Assembly: GCA_045590175.1 (NCBI GenBank)
Contig: JAZNQM010000172.1
Coordinates: 1 to 46,314 of the forward strand
DNA: 46,314 nt
Origin: Acutalibacteraceae bacterium
GTDB lineage: Bacteria > Bacillota > Clostridia > Oscillospirales > Acutalibacteraceae
Direction of reading: 5' to 3'
Shown here: in pieces, positions 27,044 to 36,237 of the stretch
How the letters are laid out: each line of letters opens with the position of its first letter
Numbering within the stretch: position 1 is the first letter of the stretch
Position numbers and translations under genes: made by a program
Notes under the pieces: generated by a model
The model's database searches: none
Told to the model about the DNA's origin: nothing
What the model saw: the letters and a program-made list of their open reading frames with translations, nothing else

Positions 27044-28186
27044 TTAGTTGGTGATGGTGATTTCGGTGTCCTTATCGAAGATGTGGATGCGGGTGGTATC
27101 GAAGGTAACCTTGATCTCATCCTGAGGACGAGCGGTTGACTTAGGATCAACACGGGCTACGATAGCCTGACCTGCACAATCCATATACAGATAGGTTTCA
27201 GCACCCATAAGCTCGGTAACTTCAACCTTGGTGTCTACGATGCCTTCGGGCATAGAGGACAGATACATCTGCTCATCGTGGATGTGCTCGGGACGAATAC
27301 CGATAACAACTTCCTTGTCGATGTAGGGCTTGAGGCAGTCTCTGTAGTTCTTCTCTTCAGGAATGGGAAGGGTGAACTTAACTTCCTTCTCGGTCTTGGT
27401 TGCTTCCTTACCGAACTCAACGAAATACTTGCCGTCCTTCTCCCGTACGAAAGCATTAAGGAAGTTCATCTGAGGAGAGCCCAAGAAGCCGGCAACGAAT
27501 TCGTTACAGGGCTTGTCGTAAAGGTTCTGAGGAGTATCAACCTGCTGAACAACGCCGTCCTTCATAACAACGATTCTGGAGCCCATTGTCATAGCTTCAG
27601 TCTGGTCATGGGTAACGTAGATGAAGGTTGTACCTAATCTCTGATGGAGTTTGGAAAGCTCGGTACGCATCTGTGCACGAAGCTTAGCATCAAGGTTTGA
27701 AAGAGGTTCGTCAAGCAAGAATACCTTAGGCTCACGAACGATAGCACGACCCAAAGCAACACGCTGACGCTGACCACCGGAAAGAGCCTTAGGCTTTCTT
27801 TCGAGAAGGTGTTCGATGTCGAGAACGCGAGCAGCCTCTTCAACGCGGCGCTTGATTTCATCCTTCGGAGTCTTGGGGAGCTTAAGACCGAATGCCATAT
27901 TGTCGAAAACTGTCATATGGGGATAAAGAGCATAGTTCTGGAAAACCATTGCGATGTCTCTGTCCTTAGGTGCTACGTCGTTTACGAGTCTGTCTTCAAT
28001 GAAAAGTTCACCCTCGGTGATTTCCTCAAGACCTGCTACCATACGCAATGTTGTAGACTTACCACAACCGGAAGGTCCAACAAGGATAACAAACTCCTTG
28101 TCTTTGATTTCCATGTTGAAATCGGAAACTGCTACAACACCGCCTGCATACTTCTTATATATACCTTTAAGTGTTACGCTTGCCAT
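27044..28186 (-). CDS. sugar ABC transporter ATP-binding protein, MsmX/MalK/UgpC type
   Basis: Contains Walker [24 protein letters not shown], Walker [12 protein letters not shown] and a C-terminal TOBE-like regulatory domain. There are no adjacent permease or binding-protein genes. Confidence 0.9.
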   Translation of the reverse strand: MASVTLKGIYKKYAGGVVAVSDFNMEIKDKEFVILVGPSGCGKSTTLRMVAGLEEITEGELFIEDRLVNDVAPKDRDIAMVFQNYALYPHMTVFDNMAFGLKLPKTPKDEIKRRVEEAARVLDIEHLLERKPKALSGGQRQRVALGRAIVREPKVFLLDEPLSNLDAKLRAQMRTELSKLHQRLGTTFIYVTHDQTEAMTMGSRIVVMKDGVVQQVDTPQNLYDKPCNEFVAGFLGSPQMNFLNAFVREKDGKYFVEFGKEATKTEKEVKFTLPIPEEKNYRDCLKPYIDKEVVIGIRPEHIHDEQMYLSSMPEGIVDTKVEVTELMGAETYLYMDCAGQAIVARVDPKSTARPQDEIKVTFDTTRIHIFDKDTEITITN

Positions 28187-28239
28187 AATTGTCCTCCTAA
28201 ATATTTATTTGTGCATAGTTACACTTATTTACAAATGAT

Positions 28240-28268
28240 ATTATATCAAATTAAAACCGAAATGTCTA
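28240..28268 (-). promoter_or_regulatory. Sigma-A-type promoter for the ABC ATPase gene
   Basis: Minus strand: TAGACA (28268-28263), a 17-nt spacer, then TGATATAAT (TATAAT at 28245-28240). Confidence 0.4.
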
Positions 28269-28352
28269 TACTTTAACCTTCTAAATATAAGGCTCAAATT
28301 TTGTTGAAATTGCATATATCATACAAAGAGGTATGTAACTTTTAACTAAAAG

Positions 28353-29090
28353 TTACGAGTTATTGTTGATTTTTTTGTATTTGCCATATAACTTGTCCAA
28401 TTCTTCGGTTGTAAGGTGTCTGCACTCGCCTTCGGAAAGTTCACTGTCTAATACCACATCGCCGATAGATTCGCGGTGCAGTTCTTCGACCCCTAATCCA
28501 ACCACTCCGAACATACGCTTTATCTGATGGTATTTCCCCTCTTTTATGGTGACGGTGGCGTGGGTAGGGTTGTCCGAATCGTAGCTAAGCTCAGCGGGTA
28601 GGCATTGGGTTCCGTCGGCAAGGGTTATTCCTTCCTTAAACCTTGAAACGATTTCATCGGTGACCGCTCCATCCAGCACCACGTTATATTTTTTATCGAA
28701 TCCGCTTTTGGGAGAAATCACATAATGGGAGAAATCGCCGTCATCGGTAATGAGAAGCAAGCCCGTGGTATCCTTATCCAGCCTGCCAACGGGAAACAAA
28801 TCCTTGCGGTAAAGCTCGGGCGGCACCAAATCCACCACCGTTTTGCGGGAGGAATCCCTGGCGGCAGAAAGCACGCCCTTGGGTTTATTGAGCATTATGT
28901 AGACAAACTGATTATAGAAAATAGTTTCTCCGAAAAGAGTTACCGCATTTAGCTGCGGGTCAATCTTGGTATCAGCTTTTTTTATAACCATTCCATCAAC
29001 TCGGACACAGCCTCTTGTCACCAGCTTTCTGACCTCGCTGCGGGGCAGACACTTTTGAGTGGCTATGAATTTATCCAAACGCTCTGTCAT
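28353..29090 (-). CDS. rsuA: RsuA/RluB-family rRNA pseudouridine synthase
   Basis: It has an S4 domain (RLDKFIA...SEVRKLV) and the catalytic motif VGRLDKDTTGLLLITDDG. Confidence 0.85.
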   Translation of the reverse strand: MTERLDKFIATQKCLPRSEVRKLVTRGCVRVDGMVIKKADTKIDPQLNAVTLFGETIFYNQFVYIMLNKPKGVLSAARDSSRKTVVDLVPPELYRKDLFPVGRLDKDTTGLLLITDDGDFSHYVISPKSGFDKKYNVVLDGAVTDEIVSRFKEGITLADGTQCLPAELSYDSDNPTHATVTIKEGKYHQIKRMFGVVGLGVEELHRESIGDVVLDSELSEGECRHLTTEELDKLYGKYKKINNNS

Positions 29091-29091
29091 C

Positions 29092-29562
29092 TTATTTTTC
29101 CTTTAACTCTGTTATATTTTCCTCGGCTTTTATCAGTGGCATACAAAGTCCGCCCTTTTCCAAGGTAGCTACGTCGCCGCCTATGATTATATTCTTACAC
29201 ACAATCAGATTCACCGAGGCTTCCTTCAAATCATAAAGTCGTAGTAGCTTATAGGTATAAAGCTCCGCTGTGCGGCCTCTGTATTCCCGCAAATCAAAGC
29301 CACCTGCTTTTTGCAGTTGGTTATATGAATCATAGATATTGTCGAACTTTTCGGGGAGTAAAATTGTTTTAACTTTTTCTGAAGAAGGGTCAACCTCATA
29401 GCCCAATGCAACGAGATAATCCACCCGTTCCAAAGAATTTTCAGCCCTCTGCGGAAATCCTCCGAAACTCAGGAAATGCAATGTCAGAGACAGGGCTGTC
29501 AGCAACAAGCAGACCGCTATTATTACTCGGTCTCGGGTAAGCCTCAACTTCAGTATAAACAT
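29092..29562 (-). CDS. DUF4830-like membrane-anchored protein
   Basis: An N-terminal TM helix is followed by a LGYEV...ILLPEKFDNIYDSYNQLQKAGGFDLREYRGRTAELYTY pattern that I recognise from the DUF4830 family. Confidence 0.6.
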   Translation of the reverse strand: MFILKLRLTRDRVIIAVCLLLTALSLTLHFLSFGGFPQRAENSLERVDYLVALGYEVDPSSEKVKTILLPEKFDNIYDSYNQLQKAGGFDLREYRGRTAELYTYKLLRLYDLKEASVNLIVCKNIIIGGDVATLEKGGLCMPLIKAEENITELKEK

Positions 29563-29620
29563 ATTAAAACCTCCGAAGCATAATTAATACAACACTAATA
29601 AATATGCTCGGAATTGGTTT

Positions 29621-30088
29621 TTATTCGATAATACAAACCGCGTGGGCTGAAATTCCCTCACACCTTCCGGTAAATCCCAAATGCTCCTCAGTAGTTGCCT
29701 TCACGTTGATTTTATCGGGTGACACACCGCAATCCTCGGCTATATTGTTTTTCATAGCCTCAATATAGGAAGCCAGCTTCGGAGCTTGTGCAATAACCGT
29801 TGCATCAATGTTGCCAACCTTATAGCCCTTATCCTGAAGCAAAGCCACAACCTGCCTTAAAAGCACGCGGGAATCTGCATCTTTAAAGCTATCGTCTGTG
29901 TCGGGGAAATGCTTACCGATATCTCCTAACGCAGCGGCACCGAGCAGTGCATCAGATACAGCGTGGAGCAACACGTCCGCATCGGAATGACCCAACAATC
30001 CCTTTTCATAAGGGATATTAACTCCGCCTAAAATAAGCTTTCTGTCGGCGGTGAGCTTATGAACATCGTATCCGTGACCTATTCGCAT
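29621..30088 (-). CDS. ispF: 2-C-methyl-D-erythritol 2,4-cyclodiphosphate synthase
   Basis: [12 protein letters not shown]...[11 protein letters not shown]...[10 protein letters not shown] matches IspF. Confidence 0.95.
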   Translation of the reverse strand: MRIGHGYDVHKLTADRKLILGGVNIPYEKGLLGHSDADVLLHAVSDALLGAAALGDIGKHFPDTDDSFKDADSRVLLRQVVALLQDKGYKVGNIDATVIAQAPKLASYIEAMKNNIAEDCGVSPDKINVKATTEEHLGFTGRCEGISAHAVCIIE

Positions 30089-30828
30089 AGCTTTTCTCCC
30101 CTTTTATTTAAAATTCCCTCGGCTATTTCCACATCCTCGGGGGTGGTGATTTTAAGATTTTCATAGCTGCCGTCAACGGTGTATACGCTATGTCCCAGCT
30201 TTTCTAAGAGCTGGCAGTCGTCGGTTACTTCCATATTTCCCAAATGACTTAATGCCTCCACATAAAGCGGCATCTTGAAGCCCTGAGGGGTTTGAATAGC
30301 CACCAACGAGCTGCGGTCGGGAGTTTCGATTATCTTGCCCGACGGGTCGATTATTTTAACGGTATCCTTGGGCGGCACACCCGGGGCGGCGGCTCCGTAT
30401 AGCTCAACCGCATCCTTAACCGATTGGATTATATCTGCTGTAACGAGAGGTCTTGCACCATCGTGGATAAGTATTATATCGGTATCCTGTCCACAAGCTG
30501 TTACTCCCGCCTTTACCGACTCAGCACGGGTGACCCCACCCTCCACCAAATCCGTAACCTTTCCGAAACCGTATTCGGTTATGAGATTCTGGACCTTATT
30601 AACTATATCCTTGCGTAAAACAAGAACTATATTGTCGACGCATTCGCTTTCCTCAAATGCCTTTATACTTCGGATAATCGCAGGTATACCCACTAAGGGA
30701 AGCAGAATTTTATCCACTCCACCCATTCTCGAAGCGGTACCTCCAGCCACTATAATAGCTGTGGTTTTACCGCCATCGGTTATCATATCACACTGAATTT
30801 CAAATTCTTGTTTTAAATTAACAGACAT
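30079..30828 (-). CDS. ispD: 2-C-methyl-D-erythritol 4-phosphate cytidylyltransferase
   Basis: [14 protein letters not shown] plus VLIHDGARP-like [11 protein letters not shown] match IspD. It overlaps ispF by 10 nt. The start could be the internal Met (MITDGG). Confidence 0.9.
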   Translation of the reverse strand: MSVNLKQEFEIQCDMITDGGKTTAIIVAGGTASRMGGVDKILLPLVGIPAIIRSIKAFEESECVDNIVLVLRKDIVNKVQNLITEYGFGKVTDLVEGGVTRAESVKAGVTACGQDTDIILIHDGARPLVTADIIQSVKDAVELYGAAAPGVPPKDTVKIIDPSGKIIETPDRSSLVAIQTPQGFKMPLYVEALSHLGNMEVTDDCQLLEKLGHSVYTVDGSYENLKITTPEDVEIAEGILNKRGEKLCE

Positions 30829-30897
30829 AATAAAATTCCTTACTTAACAAATGGACTGCCACCGCGGACAGTCCATTTTGCGTTACAAAATTAAGAA

Positions 30898-31308
30898 TTA
30901 TTCTTCTTCGCAACCTTCACATTCGTCGCAGTTGCACTCGAAATCAAATTCAAGAGCTTCGCCACAGTTGGGGCAATCAATTCCGCCGTCGAGAAGGGTT
31001 TCCTCGTCGAGATAGATGGTGTCGTTGCATTTGGGACAGGTAACTTCGTAAAGCTCCTCATCGTCCTCGTCATCATCTTCATCGTCATCTTCATCGTAGA
31101 AATCTTCTTCAATGCTGGAGAGGTCTTCGTCGATTTCGTCAACCTGCTGTGCAAGTTCGTATACGTCGTCCTCAACCTCTGCGATGTTTTCAGCGATGTC
31201 ATCAAGGCACTCGATAATAACCTTGATAAGCTTTGCCTCTTTGCTGTCGGCTAAATCAAGACCTTCTGCAAGACCCTTGATGTATGCTACCTTTTCGGAA
31301 ACTGTCAT
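30898..31308 (-). CDS. acidic zinc-ribbon protein (CD1247 N-terminal-domain-like)
   Basis: KVAYIKGLAEGLDL helical N-domain, a poly-Asp/Glu linker, and CPKC...CPNC zinc ribbon, ending in CNCDECEGC. This family commonly sits next to efp in Clostridia. Confidence 0.6.
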   Translation of the reverse strand: MTVSEKVAYIKGLAEGLDLADSKEAKLIKVIIECLDDIAENIAEVEDDVYELAQQVDEIDEDLSSIEEDFYDEDDDEDDDEDDEELYEVTCPKCNDTIYLDEETLLDGGIDCPNCGEALEFDFECNCDECEGCEEE

Positions 31309-31355
31309 TTTATAAAACTCCTTTCAAGTGAACTTGAGCGTATCGGTTGTTCCGA

Positions 31356-31913
31356 TTATGCTCTTTCCATATATTCGCCTGTACGGGTGTCGATACGAAT
31401 CATATCTCCCTCATTGATGAAGAGAGGAACACGAATCTGAGCACCTGTTTCGAGGGTTGCAGGCTTGGTTGCGTTTGTTGCAGTGTCACCCTTGAAACCG
31501 GGTTCGGTTTCGGTTACCTGAAGTTCAACAAAGGTGGGGGGTTCAAGACCGAACACATTGCCTTTGTAGGAAAGAACCTTACAGAGCATATCCTCTTTTA
31601 CAAACTTGAAGTTTTCGCCAAGGTCAGACTCGTTTACAGGAACCATATCATAGGTTTCGGGGTCCATAAAATAGTAAAGACCGCCGTCGTTGTAAGAATA
31701 CTGCATTTCCTTGCGCTCGATGAATGCGGTGGGGAACTTTTCAGTAGGGTTGAAAGTCTTTTCAACAACAGAGCCACCTATTACATCTCTGATCTTGGTA
31801 CGAACGAAAGCCGCACCTTTTCCGGGCTTAACGTGCTGGAACTCGATGATCTGGTATACATTACCATCCATTTCAAAAGTTACACCGTTACGAAAATCTC
31901 CGGCTGTTACCAT
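31356..31913 (-). CDS. efp: elongation factor P
   Basis: [36 protein letters not shown] is the EF-P signature, including the KPGKG loop. Confidence 0.95.
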   Translation of the reverse strand: MVTAGDFRNGVTFEMDGNVYQIIEFQHVKPGKGAAFVRTKIRDVIGGSVVEKTFNPTEKFPTAFIERKEMQYSYNDGGLYYFMDPETYDMVPVNESDLGENFKFVKEDMLCKVLSYKGNVFGLEPPTFVELQVTETEPGFKGDTATNATKPATLETGAQIRVPLFINEGDMIRIDTRTGEYMERA

Positions 31914-31978
31914 AAGTAATTACCTCCAATAATTTAATACACATTAATTTTATAACATTTTCTCACATTTTTCAATAG

Positions 31979-33034
31979 TTATTTGAGAATTATAAGTTTT
32001 TTTTGCGAATTTGTCAGGTTTTCTACCTCATTTTCCCCAATATAAAGCATATCTTCTATGCGAACACCGAATTTTTCAGGCAGATATATACCCGGTTCTA
32101 CCGTAACAAGGTTGCCTGCTCTCAGGATTTTGTCGGAACTCGGGGAAAGATTGGGCTCTTCGTGAACCTCCAATCCAACGCCGTGACCTGTGCTATGCTG
32201 AAAATACTTGCCGTATCCGGCATTTTCGATTACACTTCGGGCTGCATTGTCCACATCCTTTGCGGCAACTCCAGCTCCTGCTTTCTCTATTGCGGAAAGC
32301 TGAGCCGAAAGCACGGTATTATATACCCTTTCCATTTCCTCGGTGACAAAACCCACAGCAACAGTTCTCGTCATATCGGAGCAATAGCCCGCGTACATAC
32401 CTCCAAAATCCATTGTAACGAAATCACCCGCCTCTACAGGCTTATCAGTAGGGGCTCCGTGGGGCATTGAGGTATTCTTGCCTGAAATTGCTATTGTACT
32501 GAAAGACATACCCTCAGCGCCGCTAAGCTGCATTTTGTATTCAAGACGAAGCTTAATTTCCCTCTCGGTGACACCCGGCTTTATAAAGTCAAGTATATCG
32601 TCGAAGGCGGCTTCGGCGGCTCTTTGAGCCGTCATGACACAGGAAACTTCATCCCTTGTTTTAATACTACGGGCAGAGCTTATAAGGTTGGAAAGCTCTT
32701 CTGAAGCTTCTGCTCTTACCTCGCCGAAAAAGGTTTTTAGGTTTTTATCCAATCGCAGAGATATATCGGCTTCATATTCTATTGCGGTTACTCCGAACTC
32801 GGTGATAATCTCATTGATAGCGTCGCTGAGTTTTTTAAGAATCCTTACCTCAACATCGGAGTTAGCCTTCTTGGTTGCCGCCTCAATATAACGGCTGTCA
32901 ACGTACAAAAGCTTTTTTCCGTTGATTATGAACAGATAACCGAGGCTGGACCTGAAGCCGGTTAAACGGTGACGGTTTACCCCTGTGATTATAAGGGCGT
33001 TCCTACCGCCCAAATAAGCGTTAAGCTTTTCCAT
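31979..33034 (-). CDS. M24-family Xaa-Pro aminopeptidase (YqhT/PepP-like)
   Basis: HSTGHGVGLEVHEEP and the VEPGIY...GVRIED metal-ligand motifs are present. The ATG at 33034 forms a TAATG overlap with the aroQ stop and is preferred to the TTG at 33040. Confidence 0.88.
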   Translation of the reverse strand: MEKLNAYLGGRNALIITGVNRHRLTGFRSSLGYLFIINGKKLLYVDSRYIEAATKKANSDVEVRILKKLSDAINEIITEFGVTAIEYEADISLRLDKNLKTFFGEVRAEASEELSNLISSARSIKTRDEVSCVMTAQRAAEAAFDDILDFIKPGVTEREIKLRLEYKMQLSGAEGMSFSTIAISGKNTSMPHGAPTDKPVEAGDFVTMDFGGMYAGYCSDMTRTVAVGFVTEEMERVYNTVLSAQLSAIEKAGAGVAAKDVDNAARSVIENAGYGKYFQHSTGHGVGLEVHEEPNLSPSSDKILRAGNLVTVEPGIYLPEKFGVRIEDMLYIGENEVENLTNSQKKLIILK

Positions 33035-33465
33035 TAACAAAGCTCCTTCATAGCATTAACAGCCAACAGGTAGCTGTTCTTACCGAAGCCTGCAATGGTG
33101 CCTACACAGGCGGCAGAAATTACAGATTTATGTCTGAATTCCTCACGGGAGTGAGGGTTCGAAATATGCACCTCAATAAATGGCTTATCCACACAGCGGA
33201 TTGCATCGTGGATGGCGTAGCTGTAATGAGTATATGCACCTGCGTTAATGATGCAGCCGTCGTAGTCCGAGAAAACCTCGTGGATTTTAGAAACAATATC
33301 ACCCTCGCAGTTGGACTGGAAAAAGTCACAAGCGAAGCCTAATGCCGAAGCGTAGGTTTTGATGGTGGTGTTGATGTCGTCCAAGGTTTCGTTGCCGTAA
33401 ATTTCAGGCTCACGACGACCCGTCATATTAAGATTGGGTCCGTTGATAATAAGCAATTTTTTCAT
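33034..33465 (-). CDS. aroQ: type II 3-dehydroquinate dehydratase
   Basis: MKKLLIINGPNLNMTGRREPEIYG...HISNPHSREEFRH matches AroQ. The ATG at 33465 follows GGGTGA. Confidence 0.93.
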   Translation of the reverse strand: MKKLLIINGPNLNMTGRREPEIYGNETLDDINTTIKTYASALGFACDFFQSNCEGDIVSKIHEVFSDYDGCIINAGAYTHYSYAIHDAIRCVDKPFIEVHISNPHSREEFRHKSVISAACVGTIAGFGKNSYLLAVNAMKELC

Positions 33466-33477
33466 ATATATCACCCT

Positions 33478-34332
33478 TTATTTAAGTATGGAATTATAGT
33501 AGTCCTTCATAGCTTTGGCATCCTCAGCCTGGGTTCCTGCCGATTCGCAAATTATGGTGGGGCTGCAGTTTTTCTTTACAATAAGATTCATAACCGGCTC
33601 ATAATCGGGACCGAAAACAGTGTCCTCAAAGGTCAAGTGCTTTTTCTCGCCGCCTGTTGTGTATTCAATCTTGGAAAAATGGGAATGAAACTCGCGAAGT
33701 CTTGACTCGCCTAAGCGGTTGTGTATGGCATCGAACACGGCTTCAAAATCTTCCTCGGTTTTAAGTCCGCCCAAGGTTCGGGCATTCAGGTGACCGAAGT
33801 CGATACAGGGAAGCAGGCGCTCGTCCAATTCGCAAAGGGACAGCACCTCTTCAAGAGTACCCAGCTGATTTATTTTGCCCATTGTTTCGGGGCAGATGCG
33901 AACGTTGGAAAGTCCCTCGGCATCAAGGGCGGTGATTGCCTTCTTCATTGTATCAATGGCAAGGCTTAAAGCCTCCTCTCGGGAGATTTTTCCGCAAGAG
34001 CCTGTGTGGACGATTATACGCTGACCACCCATAGCATTTACAGCTCGGGCAGATTGCAGGATATAGTTCACGGAATTATCCCGCTTTGCCTCCTCCACTG
34101 AGGACATTGAGATATAGTATGGTGCGTGGAGTGACAGTCGGATGCCCTTCTCGGCGGCAAGACGTCCAAGCTCGGTCGCTTTATCCTCGCCAATGTTGAC
34201 ACCTCTGCCACATTGGTATTCATAGGCATCAAGACCCATTGCTTCGATATACTTAGGCACGTCGAGAGTGCCTTTAAATTTCATAGCTGCAAAGGATTCT
34301 GAATTACCTGCAGGTCCGAAATATGCTGACAT
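33478..34332 (-). CDS. AP-endonuclease-family-2 / endonuclease IV-like TIM-barrel protein
   Basis: FGPAGNS...LSLHAPYYISMSS...IVHTG...ICPETMG...DFGHL is the Nfo-like metal-site pattern. The ATG at 34332 overlaps the yqeG stop as TAATG. Confidence 0.65.
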   Translation of the reverse strand: MSAYFGPAGNSESFAAMKFKGTLDVPKYIEAMGLDAYEYQCGRGVNIGEDKATELGRLAAEKGIRLSLHAPYYISMSSVEEAKRDNSVNYILQSARAVNAMGGQRIIVHTGSCGKISREEALSLAIDTMKKAITALDAEGLSNVRICPETMGKINQLGTLEEVLSLCELDERLLPCIDFGHLNARTLGGLKTEEDFEAVFDAIHNRLGESRLREFHSHFSKIEYTTGGEKKHLTFEDTVFGPDYEPVMNLIVKKNCSPTIICESAGTQAEDAKAMKDYYNSILK

Positions 34333-34817
34333 TACTGCATCCCCCACTTTCTGTAGATTTTTCTTTCAAAATATCTTCTGATTTTAAAGCTTAATTTATC
34401 CTCTAAAAGTATGGGCTTTAAGAGAATTATCTTAGTTCCTGTGGTTTTCGCGCCTAAAAGGTCGGTAAAAAACTGGTCACCGCAGAGGGCAATTTCTTTT
34501 CGGGAAAGCCCCAATCTTTTGGCACCTCTGAAATAGCCGAAGGGCAATGGCTTCAGCCCCAAAGAAATATAGGGCAGACCAATTTTTTCGGCGAAGGGAC
34601 GCACCCTACTATCCTTGGAATTTGAAAAGACAAGCAGGGGTATACCCTCTCTTTGCATATATGCAATCCATTCCATCAATCCCGCCGTAAGCTCGGTGCC
34701 GTGGTGGGTGGAAAGGGTGTTGTCTACGTCAAGCAGAAGTGCCTTTACCCCAATTTCCTTTAGCATTTCGGGGGTTACGTCTGTTACTCTATCTAAAAAC
34801 AAATTTGGTTTGAACAT
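34332..34817 (-). CDS. yqeG: YqeG-family HAD-IIIA phosphatase
   Basis: MFKPNLF...ALLLDVDNTL (DxDxT) ...GDQFFTD matches the YqeG family. The start is set at the internal ATG 34817. Confidence 0.8.
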   Translation of the reverse strand: MFKPNLFLDRVTDVTPEMLKEIGVKALLLDVDNTLSTHHGTELTAGLMEWIAYMQREGIPLLVFSNSKDSRVRPFAEKIGLPYISLGLKPLPFGYFRGAKRLGLSRKEIALCGDQFFTDLLGAKTTGTKIILLKPILLEDKLSFKIRRYFERKIYRKWGMQ

Positions 34818-34923
34818 AACAAAATCTCCATTAATTCTACCAAACTGAAAAAACACGATATAAAAATGGCTGTCCCACATTACGGCATCCTTTTTAGGTG
34901 CCGCGGTGAAACAGCCTTTTTAA

Positions 34924-35100
34924 TTAGCGGAACTTGCGCTTACGTGCAGCTTCAGACTTCTTCTTACGCTTTACGGAAGGCTTTTCGTAATGCTCTCTTT
35001 TACGTACTTCCTGAATGACGCCGTCTTTTGCGGTCTGTCTCTTAAAACGTCTGAGTGCATTATCGAGCGATTCGTTCTCTTTAACTCTAACTTGGCTCAT
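34924..35100 (-). CDS. rpsU: 30S ribosomal protein S21
   Basis: This gene is not in the ORF track because it is only 58 aa. My translation is [71 protein letters not shown] lies 7 nt upstream. Confidence 0.93.
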   Translation of the reverse strand: MSQVRVKENESLDNALRRFKRQTAKDGVIQEVRKREHYEKPSVKRKKKSEAARKRKFR

Positions 35101-35152
35101 CTATATTCCCTCCCTCCGTGAATTTGGAAGATAAAATCGAATTATCTTTTAG

Positions 35153-35182
35153 ATTATAGCATATATATTGCACGCTTGTCAA
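35153..35182 (-). promoter_or_regulatory. Near-consensus sigma-A promoter for rpsU
   Basis: Minus strand: TTGACA (35182-35177), an 18-nt spacer, then TGCTATAAT (TATAAT at 35158-35153). The predicted leader begins with a 7-bp hairpin AAGATAA/TTATCTT. Confidence 0.6.
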
Positions 35183-35213
35183 GAGTTATTTGTTTTGAGT
35201 GATTATACACAGA

Positions 35214-36227
35214 TTATTTCATATCGGTACAAAGGTTTATAAGGTCTTGGAGATTAGCAGTGGCAAGGCATTCCACAGTGTCGGAGGCACCATAGTAAAT
35301 CTTTACTTCGCCATCATCCTCAAGTATCATACCGCCCGGAAAAATAACATTCTGTCTGAGTCCCTCGTCCTGCTCCCAATAGGTTTCGGGAGCCATAAGG
35401 GGCAGCTTGCTCATACCCACAACCTTTGCCGGGTCCTTAAGGTCCAAAAGCATTATACCTGCACAGTAGCGTTTTTTCCAGGTATCCTCCCAACCGTTTT
35501 TGCCGCGGGAGTGGTCGATATCTACCGCGTGAAAAAGGGTCAACCAACCCTTTTCGGTTTTGATTGGAGGTGCCGCGGGTCCTACCTTGTCGTTGGCATA
35601 GGGCACGTCCTCCACCGCCAGAACAAGCCGGCTGTTCCCCCAAAACTTTAAGTCGGGAGACTGGCTAAGCCACATATCGAAGCGGTCCACTCCCCCGCGG
35701 GAATACACGGGGAAAGGACGTTCAAGACGGGTATACAGTCCGTTTATCTTTTCGGGAAAAAGCACCATATTCCGATTGTCGGGAACCGAGATGCTCAAAA
35801 TCTCCAGCCGCTCCAAGTTATGTATTATACCAATTCCTCCGCGAACACCGTGGCGGGTGTCCACAGCGAAGCACATATATAGTTTGTCGTCGATAATTGT
35901 AAGGCGAGGGTCATAGATACGGAGTATCTCCTCGGTTTCAATATCAGCTTGTGCCACAAGGGGCTTGGGTGCTACATCCCAACGGATGCCGTCGTCACTT
36001 GTGGCAAGGCCTAGGTCTATGCGAACCATTGGCAATTTGCCGTAGCCACCCTGCCGTACGTCATTGCGGAAAACCATTATGTATTTTCCCTTATATTTAG
36101 TCACACCCGCGTTGTATATACAGGTAGCTTCATAAGGGATATCCTTCATAGAAAGTATCGGCTCGGGATGCCGTTTGATTACGGGAGACGATTTAAGCTC
36201 GGGGTAGACCTTAGCCATAAGGGACAC
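35214..36227 (-). CDS. GH130-family beta-mannoside phosphorylase/glycosidase
   Basis: The pattern IYNAGVTKYKGKYIMVFRND...SDDGIRW...DPRLTIIDDKLYM...PDNRNMVLFPEKINGLY...PPIKTEKGWLTLFHAV...YYGASDTVECLA matches GH130 (DUF377) enzymes. Confidence 0.7.
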   Translation of the reverse strand: MSLMAKVYPELKSSPVIKRHPEPILSMKDIPYEATCIYNAGVTKYKGKYIMVFRNDVRQGGYGKLPMVRIDLGLATSDDGIRWDVAPKPLVAQADIETEEILRIYDPRLTIIDDKLYMCFAVDTRHGVRGGIGIIHNLERLEILSISVPDNRNMVLFPEKINGLYTRLERPFPVYSRGGVDRFDMWLSQSPDLKFWGNSRLVLAVEDVPYANDKVGPAAPPIKTEKGWLTLFHAVDIDHSRGKNGWEDTWKKRYCAGIMLLDLKDPAKVVGMSKLPLMAPETYWEQDEGLRQNVIFPGGMILEDDGEVKIYYGASDTVECLATANLQDLINLCTDMK

Positions 36228-36237
36228 CTCATACTAA

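Noticed and set aside
28335-28357. AT-rich palindrome GTAACTTTTA..TAAAAGTTAC overlapping the rsuA stop.
   Set aside because: It has no T-run on either side and low stem stability, so it could be chance in AT-rich DNA.
30850-30877. Hairpin AATGGACTG/CAGTCCATT downstream of the acidic zinc-ribbon gene.
   Set aside because: The T-run follows the stem on the plus strand, where no gene ends. On the relevant minus strand the tail is weak (TTGTT). It is at best a weak terminator or attenuator before ispD and is not reported as a feature.
31347-31919. A 190-aa plus-strand ORF that exactly mirrors efp.
   Set aside because: It is antisense to a certain, highly conserved gene. The translation is low-complexity with no recognisable motif, which is typical of a shadow ORF.
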